Shown: one piece after another, positions 62,011-64,000 of the stretch | How the letters are laid out: every line of letters begins with the position of its first letter | Position numbering within the stretch: position 1 is the first letter of the stretch | DNA from: Pristiophorus japonicus | Lineage: Eukaryota | Assembly (NCBI RefSeq): GCF_044704955.1 | Contig: NC_091992.1 | Location: 125,488,001 to 125,552,000 of the forward strand | Direction: 5' to 3' | DNA length: 64,000 nucleotides | The notes under the pieces: model-generated | Seen by the model: the letters and a program-made list of their open reading frames with translations, nothing else | What the model was told of the DNA's origin: nothing | Database searches by the model: none | Program-made: the position numbers and the translations under genes

Positions 62011-62369
62011 TAATGAAGTGCTCGGTTAACTTCATTCCTAGTACATCCCTGGAAGTTTACTTCAAACAGAGTCTACTCTCATTAGAGACCTTGGGGTGGA
62101 AATTCGGTCCATTGCCGCCTATGTTCACGCCCCAGAGGTGTGGTAATGGCGGTGGTAATGATTTCCGGGTGTGTGGCCAGCTTCCAACGCCCCCCTGGGA
62201 CATTTGGTGCCAGTTTTGCGGAGGTGCAGTGCAGTAACGCCCGGGAGAGTCGAGCCAGTGTGCAACACCCCCAGTTGCAACACCGTTCTGAAATTTGATT
62301 GCAGCAGGACCCATAGCGCACCATAGTGTGGAACTCCTACACGGCAAGCGAGCCCCAGGTGGACAGAGG

Positions 62370-64000
62370 AAACATTTGGGAAAATAGATTAAAGTGTAGG
62401 ACGGTTGATGAACAGTGGTGTACATTTAAGGAGATATTTCACAACTCTCAAGAAAAATATATTCCAGTGAGGAGGAAAGGGTATAAGAGAAAAGATAGCC
62501 ATCCATGGCTAACTAAAGAAATAAAGAACGGTCTCCAATTAAAAACAAGGGCATAGAAAGTGACCAAAACTAGTGGGAGGACAGAAGACTGGGAAGCTTT
62601 TAAAAGCCAGCAAAGAATGACTAAAAAAATGATTAAGAAAGGGAAGATAGACTATGAAAGTAAACTAGCACAAAATATAAAAACAGATAGCAAGAATTTC
62701 TATAGGTATATAAAAAGGAAAAGAATGGCTAAAGTAAATGTTGATCACTTAGAGGACGAGACCGGGGAATTAGTAATGGGGAACATGGAGATGGCAGAAA
62801 CCCTCAACACATATTTTGTATCAGCCTTTACAGTCGAGGGCACTAACAATATTCCAACAGTGGATAGTCAAGGAGCTATGGGGGTGGGGGGGGGGAAGGA
62901 ACTTAACACAATCACTAAGGAGGTGGTACTCAGTAAGATAATGGGACTAAAGGCAGATAAATCCCCTGGACCTGATGGCTTGCATCCTAGGGTCTTAAGA
63001 GAAGTAATGGCAGGGATAGTGGATGCATTGGTTGTAATTTACCAAAATTCCCTGGATTCTGGGGAGGTCCCAACAGATTGGAAAACTGCAAATGTAATGC
63101 CCCTATTTAAAAAAGGGGGCAGACAAAAAGCAGGAAATTATAGACCAGTTAGCCTAACATCTGTGGTTGGGAAAATGTTGGGAGTCCATTATTAAAGAAG
63201 CAGTAATAGGACATTTGGAAAAGCAAAATTGGGTCAGGCAGAGTCAGCATGGATTTATGAAGGGAAAGTCATGTTTGACAAATTTTCTGGAATTCTTTGA
63301 GGATGTAACAAACAGGGTGGATAAAGGGGAACCAGTGGATGTGGTATATTTGGACTTCCAGAAGATATTTGACAAGGTGCCACATAAAAGGTTACTGCAC
63401 GAGATAAAAGTTCACGGGGTTGGGAGTAATATATGGGCATGGACAGATGATTGGCTAACTAACAGAAAACAGAGAGTCGGGATAAATGGTTCATTCTCTG
63501 GTTGGCAACCATTAACTAGTGGGGTGCCACAGGGATCAGTGCTGGGACCCCAACTATTTACAATCTATATTAACGACTTGGAAGAAAGCACCGAGTGTAA
63601 CGTAGCCAAGTTTGCTGATGATACAAAGATGGGAGGAAAAGCAATGTGTGAGGAAGACACAAAAAATCTGCAAAAGGACATAGACAGGCTAAGTGAGTGG
63701 GCAAAAATTTGGCAGATGGAGTATAATGTTGGAAAGTGTGAGGTCATGCACTTTGGCAGAAAAAAAATCAAAGAGCAAGTTATTATTTAAATGGAGAAAA
63801 ATTGCAAAGTGCTGCAGTACAGCGGGACCTGGGGGTACTTGTGCATGAAACACAAAAGGATAGTATGCAGGTACAGCAAATGATCAGGAAGGCCAATGGA
63901 ATTTTGGCCTTTATTGCAAAGGGGATGGAGTATAAAAGCAGGGAAGTCTTGCTACAACTATACAGGGTATTGGTGAGGCCACACCTGGAATACTGCGTGC
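62370..64000 (+). mobile_element. CR1 LINE ORF2, frameshifted, running off the window end
   Basis: [42 protein letters not shown]. Confidence 0.94.

Overview
Repeat-dominated vertebrate genomic DNA, most likely from a cartilaginous fish (shark). The taxon call rests on abundant CR1 LINEs, L2 and RTE fragments, tRNA-headed Deu-domain SINEs resembling SacSINE1, and Penelope-type terminal repeats. I recognise no host protein-coding exon: every long ORF I could assign is transposon-derived. The window holds one nearly complete but frameshifted Gypsy (Mag-like) provirus (5744-10238), several solo LTRs with 5-bp TSDs, hAT-, Harbinger- and pogo-type non-autonomous DNA elements, and one assembly gap. 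Two signals stand out. (1) A Tx1-clade LINE sits four times at the same nucleotide of one ~275-bp LTR family. Three of four LTR copies are occupied and one is empty, and the inferred nick lies at the foot of a 22-bp palindrome, which suggests a sequence-specific hyperparasite of an LTR element. (2) A circularly permuted U2 snRNA (3' stem-loop IV fused directly to the U2 5' end) lies inside a TG...CA segment followed by a PBS-like motif, possibly an LTR whose transcript is bounded by U2 termini. Also noted: minimal hammerhead ribozyme motifs, CTCF motifs in four unrelated LTRs, a twin-primed RTE inversion and local templated duplications. All family assignments come from motif recognition by eye; no database search was run.
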